Assembly: GCF_031769215.1 (NCBI RefSeq)
Contig: NW_026782224.1
Coordinates: 620,001-684,000, forward strand
Direction: 5' to 3'
DNA length: 64,000 nucleotides
From: Ylistrum balloti
Lineage: Eukaryota
In this document: positions 36,814 through 49,767 of the stretch, piece after piece
Position numbering within the stretch: position 1 is the stretch's first letter
Layout of the letters: every line of letters begins with the position of its first letter
The notes under the pieces: generated by a model
Databases searched by the model: none
Told to the model about the DNA's origin: nothing
The model's input: the letters and a program-made list of their open reading frames with translations, nothing else
Program-made: the position numbers and the translations under genes

Positions 36814-39769
36814 CTGTAAATAAACCATGAACTGTTATAAGTGGGCTCCTTTAGTCCCCGAGGTTTGTCGTAACCCTGATGACTATTTGTCATCTTCAGA
36901 AGAAGAACCAGTTTTAATTTTACACAAAAACTTAACGTATTTAAAAAATCATCAGTTATTTTACGAATTATTTCATTAACATTAAATTATATGATTGTTG
37001 CACATCCTCTGCTCTACGTGTATTTCCAATTTGATAATACCTAAAATTTTCTTAAATTGCACTCTGGATTTCGACACTTTTGGCCCTGAATCACTCAGTC
37101 GCCATCAACCTGAATCTAAAGAAATCCCGATACTGTCCTCTCAGCAGTTGGAAAATTCCCTAGTTATCAAGCAAGACTTTGATTTTTATACAAGAAAGAA
37201 GTGTGTTGAGTGCGTATACTTATATATATATTCAGCATACAGTTAGCCGTCAACACAAAACAAAGCCCCTGTCAAATCAACATCTTACTGAGTAGATCAA
37301 TATGTTTATCACAAACACCTGCTTTTATTCTCCTTGTACATTTTCAGGAGTTTCCGTACATTTTTTTTTGTCATTTTTGACATAAGTTTTATTGAATTTG
37401 AGTTTAGACTATGATTATGTTGACATATTGATATTTTATTGTTGTTTTTGTTGTGACATTCCGAAATGAAATATATTGATGGACGCCGATACGGACTTAC
37501 ACATTGACATCTTAAATAAGATATATTCTGCAGAAATTAATTCTCATAGGTCTTATCATTAAGTATAACTCAATAGAAACTCGCTGAAATACTAGAAAAA
37601 AATTCTCAAGACTAGTGTCATCATCTCCCCCCCCCCATCCCCCTTTAACACTAACCCTAAACATATCCATAATTTCCTATTGAACCAAGTGATCTGCAGA
37701 CTACCACAACCCCTCCCCCCACCCCACCCACACCCCTCTCCTAAATAAAATCGAAGAAAATGTATGGATTATTATTAGAGTCCTGGTCTACTTCCGTGGT
37801 GGCCATCGGCACGAGGACGATGACCGCTAGTTTTTCTACTTTCAGTTTTAAAAGGAGTCTGTACGGTCAACATCAATATATCAATACTTATGATATTATA
37901 TTGATCTTTCATCAGCGTTAGTTTTACATAATGTACATGTCATTTTTTCCAACATAATATTTGGGTATGCCTACACCACGACCCCTGACACGGCGCCCTT
38001 AAGACCATACGTTGTTATGGTGTAGCCTCTTAATGTGGCTGCAATACTTTATAAATATTATCGAAACTTATACACAAACAGCGATACCCACTTATGAACT
38101 TTGTATATGTGTGAAAGGTCGGCTGTGTTATGGTATCATGGTAATGTACCCCATCGCTTACTAAGGCTACACAGACTCTCGAACAGCGAGGTGGGGAGTG
38201 GTTCTTTGAGGCCAATAACCATCATATAAACAAACAAGACGGTGTCTGCTGACGTCCGATTACCTTGTAACTAAAACTTGTGCCAAAAGACGGCACCAAG
38301 TAAGCGTTCGTGGTCAGTCACGCCTACAGAGGAACTCAGGCATAACGGGTCAATCAAAATGTACTTCACAACTAAAACGTGCATGCAGTGATTAGTGTTT
38401 GTGAAATGGATTAGCGCGGTTGACATCTAACATTGTGTGTACGTTATCTAAGTCAGTCCTGATTAGCTGATTAATGAAACGCGGGCTGAGGTGTAATCCC
38501 TTAATCTAGATCCAATTATAAGTGGAAAATGACAAACGTATAAATCCCGGTGTAGACTTTATGGACAAAGCGTGAGTGGTTATCCCGGAAAAATCAAACA
38601 AAAAAACCTCATTGACGCATCTAGTGGCATGGTAACCGGGACACTCGAGACTTCCGGTTTAGTTTCCCGCCAGCTCGTGTCGGTTTGACGTCCGCCATGT
38701 GTCTCGACAATTAAGCCCTATTTAGAAAGTGACACGGGTCATTCGTCTCACTAAACAAAACGGGTGAAGACGGGTGTAAATTATGTTCTAGGCTTAATTG
38801 GTGTTGAGAGTATTTCCAGCTGCACCTGATCTCGATGTCTGACGTCTACACCAGCATTTATATCCTGAAATGACGAAAAGAATGATGTCTCTGGAAATAT
38901 GAGCGATTTACAAACAACGGCAGTGAACTAACATTATATATATCTCTGTTATCGTTGTGTGATAGGTCATTCACCTCTACTCGAACGTGTTAAATGTGCA
39001 GGACACTGACCTATGAGCAACTTGAACAAAAATAGCTTTTACCTCTTAAAAATCATTGAATCCCGTTATTTCTACAGAGTAGTTACCAGTGAAAATATTA
39101 AGCACGGAAAAAGTCAATGTTCCTGTCTATTTCTGACTAACTAATTATGGTTAATGACAGAAGATGTTTGCTGGCGTGCCTTAAACACTGGCCTTGTGTA
39201 ATTATGCCAGAAAAAATTAGGTAATCGTGATATTGTGTGTGTATCAATGCAGTCAACAAACCTATATCAACTTGGTGTGTTGATAAAGCTTACCTGTCTA
39301 ATTGTCTCTATATGGTAGGTCGGTTGAAAAGTGTTACATTTACAAGCTGATTTAAAACATGTTATATTGTATCAAACAATCGGATTCGGTTCAATTTATT
39401 ATAAATCATACTGACACACACAGAGGCGATCAATTCGAACAATTTCTGTTTTGTCTGTAAAATAAAACCTGTTGACGGATTTTATAAAATTGATCAAACC
39501 ATTTCTTCTGTGTCTACAAACGGATGTTCTTTGTTAACTTTATAAGTATATACAAAACCAAGATTTAGAAAGAGCAAGCGTCTCTTTAGTTCAATTGGGG
39601 GAAAATTGTGAAAGACATTTCCCTAAGTGTTTCCACGGCTATGGGTATGGCCTCTTTAATCGGAACTCCGCGAAGACTTGTGTTAATGCAACTAATGAAA
39701 TACAATATCGGACAAATATTAGTTCAAAAAATATATTTTCTAGCTATTAAAGATCTGGAGAAAATTTAA

Positions 39770-40136
39770 CCGGAAGTATGTACAGAGCGTCCTATGGCGC
39801 TATAATGAAGCGGACGCGTGTTTCAGCTGTGTCCTGTGAGCCGTACAGCCCTTCTTTAATTACATGAAAATCGATTTCATAATTGCTCACATACAGTAAA
39901 CAGTAAATATTTATGTCTTGCAAATAATTCGATTAGGCTCGTGATGGTTTTATACCGGCACCAGCACACTCTCCCGATATCGTTAGGCTACCAGGCGGAC
40001 AGGCGCTGAAGCAGTGCGCGAGGCTCGCTTGATCTCTGGAGGAGTGTTCGATATATGATAGATGATGGTTAACGTGCTGTTTACACGGAAATAACATTAA
40101 GATGATTCATTATTGGGACATATCGCAAAGGTAAGG
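39770..40136 (+). promoter_or_regulatory. Candidate promoter and non-coding first exon of the 49.9-kb gene
   Basis: ETS motif CCGGAAGT at 39770-39777, a GC/CpG-rich stretch at ~39950-40050 and a strong donor AAG|GTAAGG at 40130/40131. Linkage to the downstream CDS is inferred only. Confidence 0.35.
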
Positions 40137-41524
40137 TTATGTCTTTTAAGGTCTTTCGCTACATAAGTGTTGAGACCATAATTCGATAAAGTAGTGACTG
40201 TTTTTTTTTCTTTATAAAAATCGTGATTATATAATATTCAGAATCGCGGAATTTCGAACAAAAATGCCGTAGGGTTCTGGTAGAGTTTGAGTGTCCGCCT
40301 GTTCAGTCGTTCATTTCTTACCTTTGTTTAGTGTCACACAACATTTTACTACTTTTCCCACAGTGATGATCAGTAAAAACTTCAGCATTGTGTCATAGAA
40401 CTACTTCAGTTCTACACGTGGCTAAGACAGACGTTAAGCAACAGACTTCACATAACGCTGTGCAGTGAATTGTGTCTATATATAACACATTATAACCATT
40501 GTAATTATATTTTCGCGTTTACGTTGTGTCTTTAGGGATTTTTCATATATTCTACGACTCGTTTGCACGTCTTCTTTTCTGAAAACTAAATTTCCCTCGT
40601 CTACACTTGGTGAAAGAGTTTTTCGTTTCCCACTAAAACGTGCATTGATAAGGCTGTCTGTTAGTGTGGAAAATAGGTAAGTGTGTGTTACATTAATATA
40701 AATTAACCAGTCGTCTCCCAGTACTGGGTAACTCTATAGATGTTGTTTGTGTAACTTTGTACATGAGTACGCGCCAGTAAACATCTGTTTTAATTATTGA
40801 TCTGTAATCTTAGAAACAGATCGATGTGTGTTCAAGGGTCATGTCCAAGCGTGATTAATTCGGCAGCTACATGTACATTGTATACACTGTAGAACGAAGT
40901 GGCAAGTAAGCACATTTACATATTGCATGAGCATGTAATTTTTCTATCATTCGAACAAAAACTCTATATCATCAGCGATCTATGATAATTTGTGTTAGTC
41001 ACAACATGGTCGCGTCCGTAGTAATACAAATTAAGGAGGAAAATGAATACTTTTGATCGGCGCGTTCGTCAAATCGCTCAAGCTTACACCACTTGAATTG
41101 TAACCAAGGCCACTGTTATTTAGTGATACTGTGTGATGTCGACACATTTTGGGATCAATTAATAGGAATAAATGCTAAAATTATTACCAACAGAATGTTG
41201 TTAAAAACGTAAAATACATTGACCTTTTATGAAATCTAGCCAGTTGACGTATAGTGAGTTATAATTAACAAGTTGAATATTGTGACGTCATCAAATGATA
41301 CGGAAATGACGCCACATTCTTGCATATATGTATATAATTATATATACTGCTTCTGTCATGACTTTGTCATCAACAGAATATGAAATAGGCACTGCCTAAA
41401 ACCAAGCACAATTTGGTCAACAAGATGCACATTTTGAACTGCCTGATCCATGTCTGCGCTGAAGCGTGTTTTTAAAATTTGTTTTATATTTTTTATTTTT
41501 GATAAAACATCGGTACATACATAT

Positions 41525-41734
41525 NNNNNNNNNNNNNNNNNNNNNNNNNNNNNNNNNNNNNNNNNNNNNNNNNNNNNNNNNNNNNNNNNNNNNNNNNNNN
41601 NNNNNNNNNNNNNNNNNNNNNNNNNNNNNNNNNNNNNNNNNNNNNNNNNNNNNNNNNNNNNNNNNNNNNNNNNNNNNNNNNNNNNNNNNNNNNNNNNNNN
41701 NNNNNNNNNNNNNNNNNNNNNNNNNNNNNNNNNN
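41525..41734. other. Assembly gap (210 N)
   Basis: Run of N. Confidence 1.
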
Positions 41735-41746
41735 CGTCATGATCAG

Positions 41747-41860
41747 GCGGTGGTTTGGTGGCATAGTTTTAACACACTTGTCTTTCCCAGCCGTCCGAGG
41801 TTCGATTCCCAGAAGGGATACGGGTTTCCTCCCATAGTCAGACCCCTCGCTTGCTTACAA
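41747..41860 (+). mobile_element. Second, internally deleted copy of the tRNA-derived SINE
   Basis: GGTGGTTTGGTGGCATAGTTTTAACACACTTGTCTTTCCCAGCCGTCCGAGGTTCGATTCC aligns with 35885-35947; GGTTTCCTCCCATAGTCAGACCCCTCGCTTGCTTACA aligns with the body of the first copy. Confidence 0.8.
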
Positions 41861-43901
41861 CAAGTGTGATTGGTTTAAGTTAAAATAATTAAGTTTCCAT
41901 ATGTAAATAAGTCATACCCATACAATCATGAAGACAGACAAAGAAGAACAAAACAAAAGACTCCATGAAGACAGACAAAGAAGAACAAAACAAAAGACGA
42001 CAAGATAACGCAAAGCGTGGCATTATCCCCGCGTACCGCTGTTTAAAAGAAAGACACACAATCATATACATATATATAATACTACAACAAGTTTAATTTC
42101 TATTTGTTATCTTAAATTGTTCCATAAGAAGTACAAATGTATTGAAATTGAGAAGTTCTGCTAGAGCATTAGCATGATGTCTGTACAAAGTTTTGAGTTA
42201 CGGGTAAAAACCTTGAATGATTGAAGAGAACTAGTCTGAAAAAAAAACCCTGAACTTTGTAATTTGGCTTATCTGTTTCCATGATAACAGAAACAGTATT
42301 AAAATGGTGAACTTCCCCATAGCAAAAGATACTACTATCTTAATAAGTATAAAAAGTTTTGGGCAATTATCTTGAATGGTTTCAGAGCATTGGGTCAGAA
42401 AAACTGGAATTTGTGAAGAGGGTTATCTGTTTCCATGGTAACGGAATATGTATGAATAAAGTCTTTGACAACATATCTAGACAACAAAAATTGTTAAAAA
42501 TAATATTCAAAATAAATGTACTTTAACAGTTACAGAGATTGCAAGGACGACTATCTATCTTCTTTGATTTAAAAAAGAAATGAGTTTGTAGTCAAAATAT
42601 GTAGAAAGACAATATAGTTTTAGTCGGATTTGTAAAGGCGGTGTTATATGCTTAATCAGTTTTCATCATTAAAATCAGAATGCTCTGACCTACCGTTTTC
42701 TTTTCTCTTTGCTATTGAGAGTTTCGTTCTGTTAATTAACAAATCATAAAATGGTTTAGAAGCTCAGTTTTTTAAAGCAATGTTGACTTGTCTTGAAATA
42801 AAAAAGAGGGTAAAGTTGTAAACACTGTTGAGACTATTCAGTTATACATTGTAATTCAGAAAATTAATATAAATATATGTATTTAAATGAAATTCTTATT
42901 AAAGTCACAATATATTACATAATCTGCCTTTTTCTGTTTAAAAACCTCACCACTAATAATTATCATTGAGCCTTAAAAGATTTTGCTGAAAATTTTCTAA
43001 ACATTCAAATAATTGATCATAATTAATTTCAAACAGTTATCGAAAGAACATGCACGTCTTGCAGTTTGAATGTAGTTTGGAGACGGAACAGATTTTACGC
43101 CAAATCGGGACCTTTCGGCTGCTTCCGTGTAAGAGACGATGTATTGCTCGATCACGGAAAGTGACGAAAGTACAGGAAAGTTAAACCGGAAATCAGGTAC
43201 ATCGGAGAACAAACGTGCTGTAATCTTGAATGGTTAAAATTGTAATTTTTCAACGAGATATTTGTTATATGCGTTCCAAACCATTAAAGTACATGTTTGT
43301 TAAATTAATTTGAATTATTTAAAACTTTTAGTATGATTTCATTTCCACATGAAAGCTTAAAAAAATATTTTGCAGGTCGAAATAATTTTTAATCCATTCA
43401 ACTGGTCAGCAGTTCTTATTGCGTTATGCGGTAAGTGTATTGTGGGTAATTAAGTTCCAGCCACACTTCCATTTTAAGTTGATCGTATGGGCAGGTTGTT
43501 GGAGGTGAATTAGCGCACACAAATCCATAAAGCGCTCGCTGCGCTCGCTAATATATAGAGAATCGCATATGAGGTTCCATGAGATTTACGAACAGAGCCT
43601 AAGATATGCTTCCTTTTACCGGGTCATATAAATTGGAATAAAAGATTCTGATAATGATATAACTTTAATACTTTTTGGAAGCATTCTTGAAATTGAAATT
43701 TTACAAGACGGAAAAAGATCTAAACTACTGTATATTTATGATGTCACAATGGGAGTCTTCATGCAATCACAGCTCCGCTTAGTATTATCGCACATGTGTT
43801 CTTACCAAAATCATATGTAGTTTATAACTGTCAGGGTAGTAATGCAATGGTTTTTTTTTCAAATTCACGTCAGAAGAAAATCTTACCATCCCATTGGTAC
43901 G

Positions 43902-44080
43902 ATGGCTTATTCGGGACATTGTAATATCCCGAAGCGAGACCATGATACCGCGAAGCGAGTAGGGTTAGAGGGTTAGGGAAAGGGTCTCGCTTTACGGTAT
44001 TACTGTCTTGCTTCGTCATATCGTGGTCTCGCAACATCACGTTCCCTAAAAGTGATATTACGTTGTCCCGAATCAGCCAC
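43902..44080. mobile_element. Foldback MITE-like element with a telomere-like centre
   Basis: Three nested inverted matches (GGCTTATTCGGGACATTGTAATATC / GATATTACGTTGTCCCGAATCAGCC; GCGAGACCATGATA / TATCGTGGTCTCGC; TACCGCGAAGCGAG / CTCGCTTTACGGTA) surround TAGGGTTAGAGGGTTAGGG. Confidence 0.75.
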
Positions 44081-44908
44081 CATACATCGGAGACCATTTT
44101 TGATACATGGCAGCGCCCAATGTAAAACTATTACTTTGCAATCTTTCCTCTAATGTTCAATATTTTTTACCTAGAAACCAAGCTACATACTCCCGGTAAA
44201 GGGATATAACATGCATTCTTCAGATTGCTCCAAATATAGACGAATTCACTACCTTCATGTCGAGAATGTTTATTAATGGAATATACATTTATGTGGTCAG
44301 TTACTATTGGCCAAAGGTATGTCGACAGTAATGGTGGAGCCTCATTCCGAGTGCATTGTTTTCAGTCTTGCTTATCCGTGCCGTCCCCGTTGGTTCCCCT
44401 CCTCGTCACATGGGTTTCGTGAAAGGCACATAAATCGACCCCATGTAGGCTACCTTAATATTATGTAATATTACCGACTTTGTATAATTCACTGCATGAT
44501 AAGATCAAAGTATAATTATCTCTGTTATATAATCTAAACAAGCCAAGGGATATACCGTTACATCGCTGTGTTCCGAGTTGCTGAATCAATCGTGGTGAGT
44601 GAGAAGAGTGACAACTCTGCGTAACGGATTACGTACATACACCTAACGATATCTAGTACAGTGCATCAGAGAGAGAGCGATCTTATCACTTTGTATTTTA
44701 GGTATACGTCAGAAAAATATTGGAAAGTGACCACCAGATTCACAGACACATGTTAAGCAAAGGCTACAATTTAATATTAGTGGATTAAATAACATTTCAG
44801 ACTTGAAGTTTTCAAATCACTTTCTACATTTCAATTTTTGTAAAATAATGAAAATATTTACGATGGTAATCTTTATATTTGATCATTTTTTGTGCAAATG
44901 GTACCGAT

Positions 44909-45158
44909 CTGGCCCCGGAGTTTCAAAGCTTAATCTGTGTTAACCATCGGTTAGTGAAAAATTCACTAATTGATGCCACGTAAAGGGCTTTAAAAAGCAA
45001 ACTTGAAACTCAAAAACATCAGTTTAACCTGTCTCAACAAATTTATAGCCGTGCGATGAAAAGATGAAAAAATGTTTTGGCAATTAAGTTTAACCATGTT
45101 TGAAAGAGTTTAATAACTACTGTTTAGTTCTAACTAGTCTTTGAACAAATAGGGTCAG
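44909..45158. mobile_element. MITE of 250 bp with ~20-bp degenerate TIRs (Harbinger-like)
   Basis: Left CTGGCCCCGGAGTTTCAAAG; reverse complement of the right end CTGACCCTATTTGTTCAAAG. Confidence 0.6.
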
Positions 45159-45758
45159 AGGTCAACCGGATGTTAACAGTAAAAACTAACTACCCTTTTA
45201 GGGAAACACGTACATTTCACTAAATCCTCACACATATATTAAAATGTGCTATAACTAAACATTTAATAGAGGCCAATTACTTCCATAAGAAAATCTGTCA
45301 CCATTTAGGAATCGAACCTTCCTGGGGCAACATGTTTTACGGAATCTAGATTCAGGTTGGGACATAATTGGTATGATTGCGTGGGTCCTGGAGCTTACCA
45401 GTTTTGACCTCACTCTGATAATCTGTGGTCTTTTCCCGTCATGTCAGTCTTATTAAGAAAACATCAATTAAAAGATTTATCTTACTTGTGATTCCATTTG
45501 ATGATTGTAAGCAGGTAGCTGGTGGTGATATCTGTCGGTATTGACCAGTCGCCAGAATTTGGTGACACCGATTGCATGCCGGGAGTTTTCGTAATCATTA
45601 GTTGTGCCTATGTGTTGATATGATTGTTTCACGCTGTGCGTATTTCTATGCTTTTAAAAAACACATCATCGCAGTCATCATGTTTGATATAGTAGCAGGT
45701 ACATAGCTAATATTTAGTAGGCGACCATTCAAATGTTGGAAGCCTAAGATTATAGCGG

Positions 45759-48700
45759 ACCCTGAGTAAGTCACACAGTCGACATAACCCAGTCACACAG
45801 TCGACATAACCATGAGTAAGTCACACAGTCGACATAACCCTGAGTAAGTCACACAGTCGACATAACCCAGTCACTCAGTCGACATAACCCAGTCACACAG
45901 TCTACATAACCCTAAGTAAGTCACACAGTCGACATAACCCAGTCACACAGTCTACATAACCATGAGTAAGTCACACAGTCGACATAACCCTGAGTAAGTC
46001 ACACAATCGACATAACCCTAGGTAAGTCACACAGTCGACATAACCCTGAGTAAGTCACACAGTTGATATAACCCTGAGTAAGTCATACAGTTGATATAAC
46101 CCTGAGTAAGTCACACAATCGACATAAACCTTAGTAAGTCACACAGTCGACATAACCCTAGGTAAGTCGCACAGTCGACATAACCCTAGGTAAGTCACAC
46201 AGTCGACATAACCCTGAGTAAGTCACACAGTCGACATAACCCTAGGTAGGTCACACAGTCGACATAACCCTGAGTAAGTCACACAGTTGATATAACCCTG
46301 AGTAAGTCACACAGTCGACATAACCCTGAGTAAGTCACACAGTCGACATAACGCTGAGTAAGTCACACAGTTGATATAACCCTTAGTAAGTCACACAGTC
46401 GACATAACCCTAGGTAAGTCGCACAGTAGAGATAACCCTGAGTAAGTCACACAGTCGACATAAACCTGAGTAAGTCACACAGTCGACATAACCCTAGGTA
46501 AGTCACACAGTCGACATAACCCTAGGTAAGTCACACAGTCGACATAACCCTAAGTAAGTCACACAGTCGACATAACGCTGAGTAAGTCACACAGTTGATA
46601 TAACCCTGAGTAAGTCACACAGTCGACATAACCCTTAGTAAGTCACACAGTCGACATAACCCTAGGTAAGTCGCACAGTTGATATAACCCTGAGTAAGTC
46701 ACACAGTCGACATAACCCTGAGTAAGTCACACAGTCGACATATCCCTAGGTAAGTCTCACAGTCGACATAACCCTAGGTAAGTCACACAGTCGACATAAC
46801 CCTAAGTAAGTCACACAGTCGACATAACGCTGAGTAAGTCACACAGTTGATATAACCCTGAGTAAGTCACACAGTCGACATAACCCTTAGTAAGTCACAC
46901 AGTCGACATAACCCTAGGTAAGTCGCACAGTTGATATAACCCTGAGTAAGTCACACAGTCGACATAACCCTGAGTAAGTCACACAGTCGACATAACGCTG
47001 AGTTAGTCACACAGTTGATATAACCCTGAGTAAGTCACACAGTCGACATAACCCTTAGTAAGTCACACAGTCGACATAACCCTAGGTAAGTCGCACAGTC
47101 GACATAACCCTAGGTAAGTCACACAGTTGATATAACCCTGAGTAAGTCACACAGTCGACATAACCCAGTCACTCAGTCGACATAACCCAGTCACACAGTC
47201 TACATAACCCTAAGTAAGTCACACAGTCGACATAACCCAGTCACACAGTCGACATAACCCAGTCACACAGTCTACATAACCATGAGTAAGTCACACAGTC
47301 GACATAACCCTGAGTAAGTCACACAGTCGACATAACCCTAGGTAAGTCACACAGTCGACATAACCCTGAGTAAGTCACACAGTTGATATAACCCTGAGTA
47401 AGTCATACAGTTGATATAACCCTGAGTAAGTCACACAGTCGACATAACCCTTAGTAAGTCACACAGTCGACATAACCCTAGGTAAGTCGCACAGTCGACA
47501 TAACCCTAGGTAAGTCACACAGTCGACATAACCCTGAGTAAGTCACACAGTCGACATAACCCTAGGTAGGTCACACAGTCGACATAACCCTAGGTAAGTC
47601 ACACAGTTGATATAACCCTGAGTAAGTCACACAGTCGACATAACCCTGAGTAAGTCACACAGTCGACATAACGCTGAGTAAGTCACACAGTTGATATAAC
47701 CCTTAGTAAGTCACACAGTCGACATAACCTTAGGTAAGTCGCACAGTTGATATAACCCTGAGTAGGTCACACAGTCGACATAACCCTGAGTAAGTCACAC
47801 AGTCGACATAAGCCTTCTAAAGTCCCACAGTCGACATAACCCTAGGTAAGTCACACAGTCGACATAACCCTAAGTAAGTCACACAGTCGACATAACGCTG
47901 AGTAAGTCACACAGTTGATATAACCCTGAGTAAGTCACACAGTCGACATAACCCTTAGTAAGTCACACAGTCGACATAACCCTAGGTAAGTCGCACAGTT
48001 GATATAACCCTGAGTAGGTCACACAGTCGACATAACCCTGAGTAAGTCACACAGTCGACATAACCCTAGGTAAGTCGCACAGTCGACATAACCCTAGGTA
48101 AGTCACACAGTCGACATAACCCTAAGTAAGTCACACAGTCGACATAACGCTGAGTAAGTCACACAGTTGATATAACCCTGAGTAAGTCACACAGTCGACA
48201 TAACCCTTAGTAAGTCACACAGTCGACATAACCCTAGGTAAGTCGCACAGTTGATATAACCCTGAATAAGTCACACAGTCGACATAACGCTGAGTAAGTC
48301 ACACAGTTGATATAACCCTGAGTAAGTCACACAGTCGACATAACCCTTAGTAAGTCACACAGTCGACATAACCCTAGGTAAGTCGCACAGTCGACATAAC
48401 CCTAGGTAAGTCACACAGTTGATATAACCCTGAGTAAGTCACACAGTCGACATAACCCTAAGTAAGTCACACAGTTGATATAACCCTAAGGTAAGTCACA
48501 CAGTTGATATAACCCTAGGTAAGTCACACAATTGATATAACCCTTAGTAAGTCACACAGTTGATATAACCCTTAGTAAGTCACACAGTCGACATAACCCT
48601 AAGTAAGTCACACAGTTGATATAACCCTAAGGTAAGTCACACAGTTGATATAACCCTTAGTAAGTCACACAGTTGATATAATCCTTAGTAAGTCACACAG

Positions 48701-48792
48701 TTGATATAATCCTTAGTAAGTCACACAGTCGACATAACCCTTAGTAAGTCACACAGTCGACATAGCCTAAGGTAAGTCAAACAGTGGACATA
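45759..48792. repeat. 28-bp minisatellite, ~108 copies, with 22-bp deletion variants and a large block duplication
   Basis: Unit AGTAAGTCACACAGTCGACATAACCCTG; the variant CATAACCCAGTCACTCAGTC occurs at 45861 and 47159. Confidence 0.98.
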
Positions 48793-48898
48793 TATAGACG
48801 ATCATCAATCGGTGATTACAGAAACAGCTTGAACAGGACATCAGATCGTCGTGTCGTCATCAGCTGACTCTCAGCTCTCATTCAGCAATCGCCGTCAC

Positions 48899-49767
48899 CA
48901 CTGTAGTGATCGTACGACTGATAGGACTATTCAAGATGGCGGACCAACGTAACACCGGAAGGTAAGCTCTGCTTTCAAAAAGTAATATCCATAATTTATA
49001 TACTCACTATGATCGTGACACATATTGTATCTGATTCGCAAATAGTGCTAATATTGTTGTACGTATCTATTTGGATGATGATAAACTTAAAATGCAATGA
49101 AATCTGCATGTAGACTTTGTCAGTATGCCGATTTGTTAGATCCAAACGGATGTGAGCTTAACTTTTGGCCCTAGCTAAAAGTATTAAATACATCCAGTCA
49201 GACTTTTAATGTTAAATTAAAGATTAGATAAGCCTCTATTAGAATGACAATCTTCTCTTGCGGAATCGGAAGCGTGATTGGAGAGAAAAAACACAGGAAA
49301 TTTTGACCATGAGATGGCTCGGTCTCCGTACATTTTGAGATGAGACCGAGCCTTGCATGGTCAAAATTTCCTGTGTTTTTTTCTTCAATCACGCTTCCCA
49401 TTCAGTCACAGGAGATTGTCCTTCGATTAGAGGCTTATCAAATCTTCAACTTGAAATTAAAACTCTGACTGAATTTGTTCAAGTGTTTTAGCTAGGGCTG
49501 ATAGTTGAGCTCACACCCGCTCGGATCCAACAGATCGGCATGTTGGCGAGGTTTACACGCAGATTGCACTACATTTTAAGTCTATCATCATCCAGATAGA
49601 TACGTACAACAATATTAGCTCTATTTGAGAATCAGATACAATGTGTGTCATGATCATAGTGAGTATATAAATTATGGATATTACCGTTTGAAAGCAGAGC
49701 TTACCTTCCGGTGTTACGTTGGTCCGCCATCTTGAATAGTCCTATGCATCGCACGATCACGACAGTG
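48899..49767. mobile_element. 869-bp foldback non-autonomous DNA transposon with CAC termini and 5-bp TSD (Transib/RAG-like superfamily signature)
   Basis: Arms of ~425 bp align end to end around a ~15-nt loop at ~49327-49341. Termini read CACTGTA and CACTGTC inward; GTCAC is duplicated at 48894-48898 and 49768-49772. The element itself is certain; the superfamily assignment is inference. Confidence 0.9.

Noticed and set aside
43065-43196. Cassette exon in the putative intron
   Set aside because: Weak acceptor and donor, with stops in all three frames; at most a UTR exon, and unsupported without RNA data.
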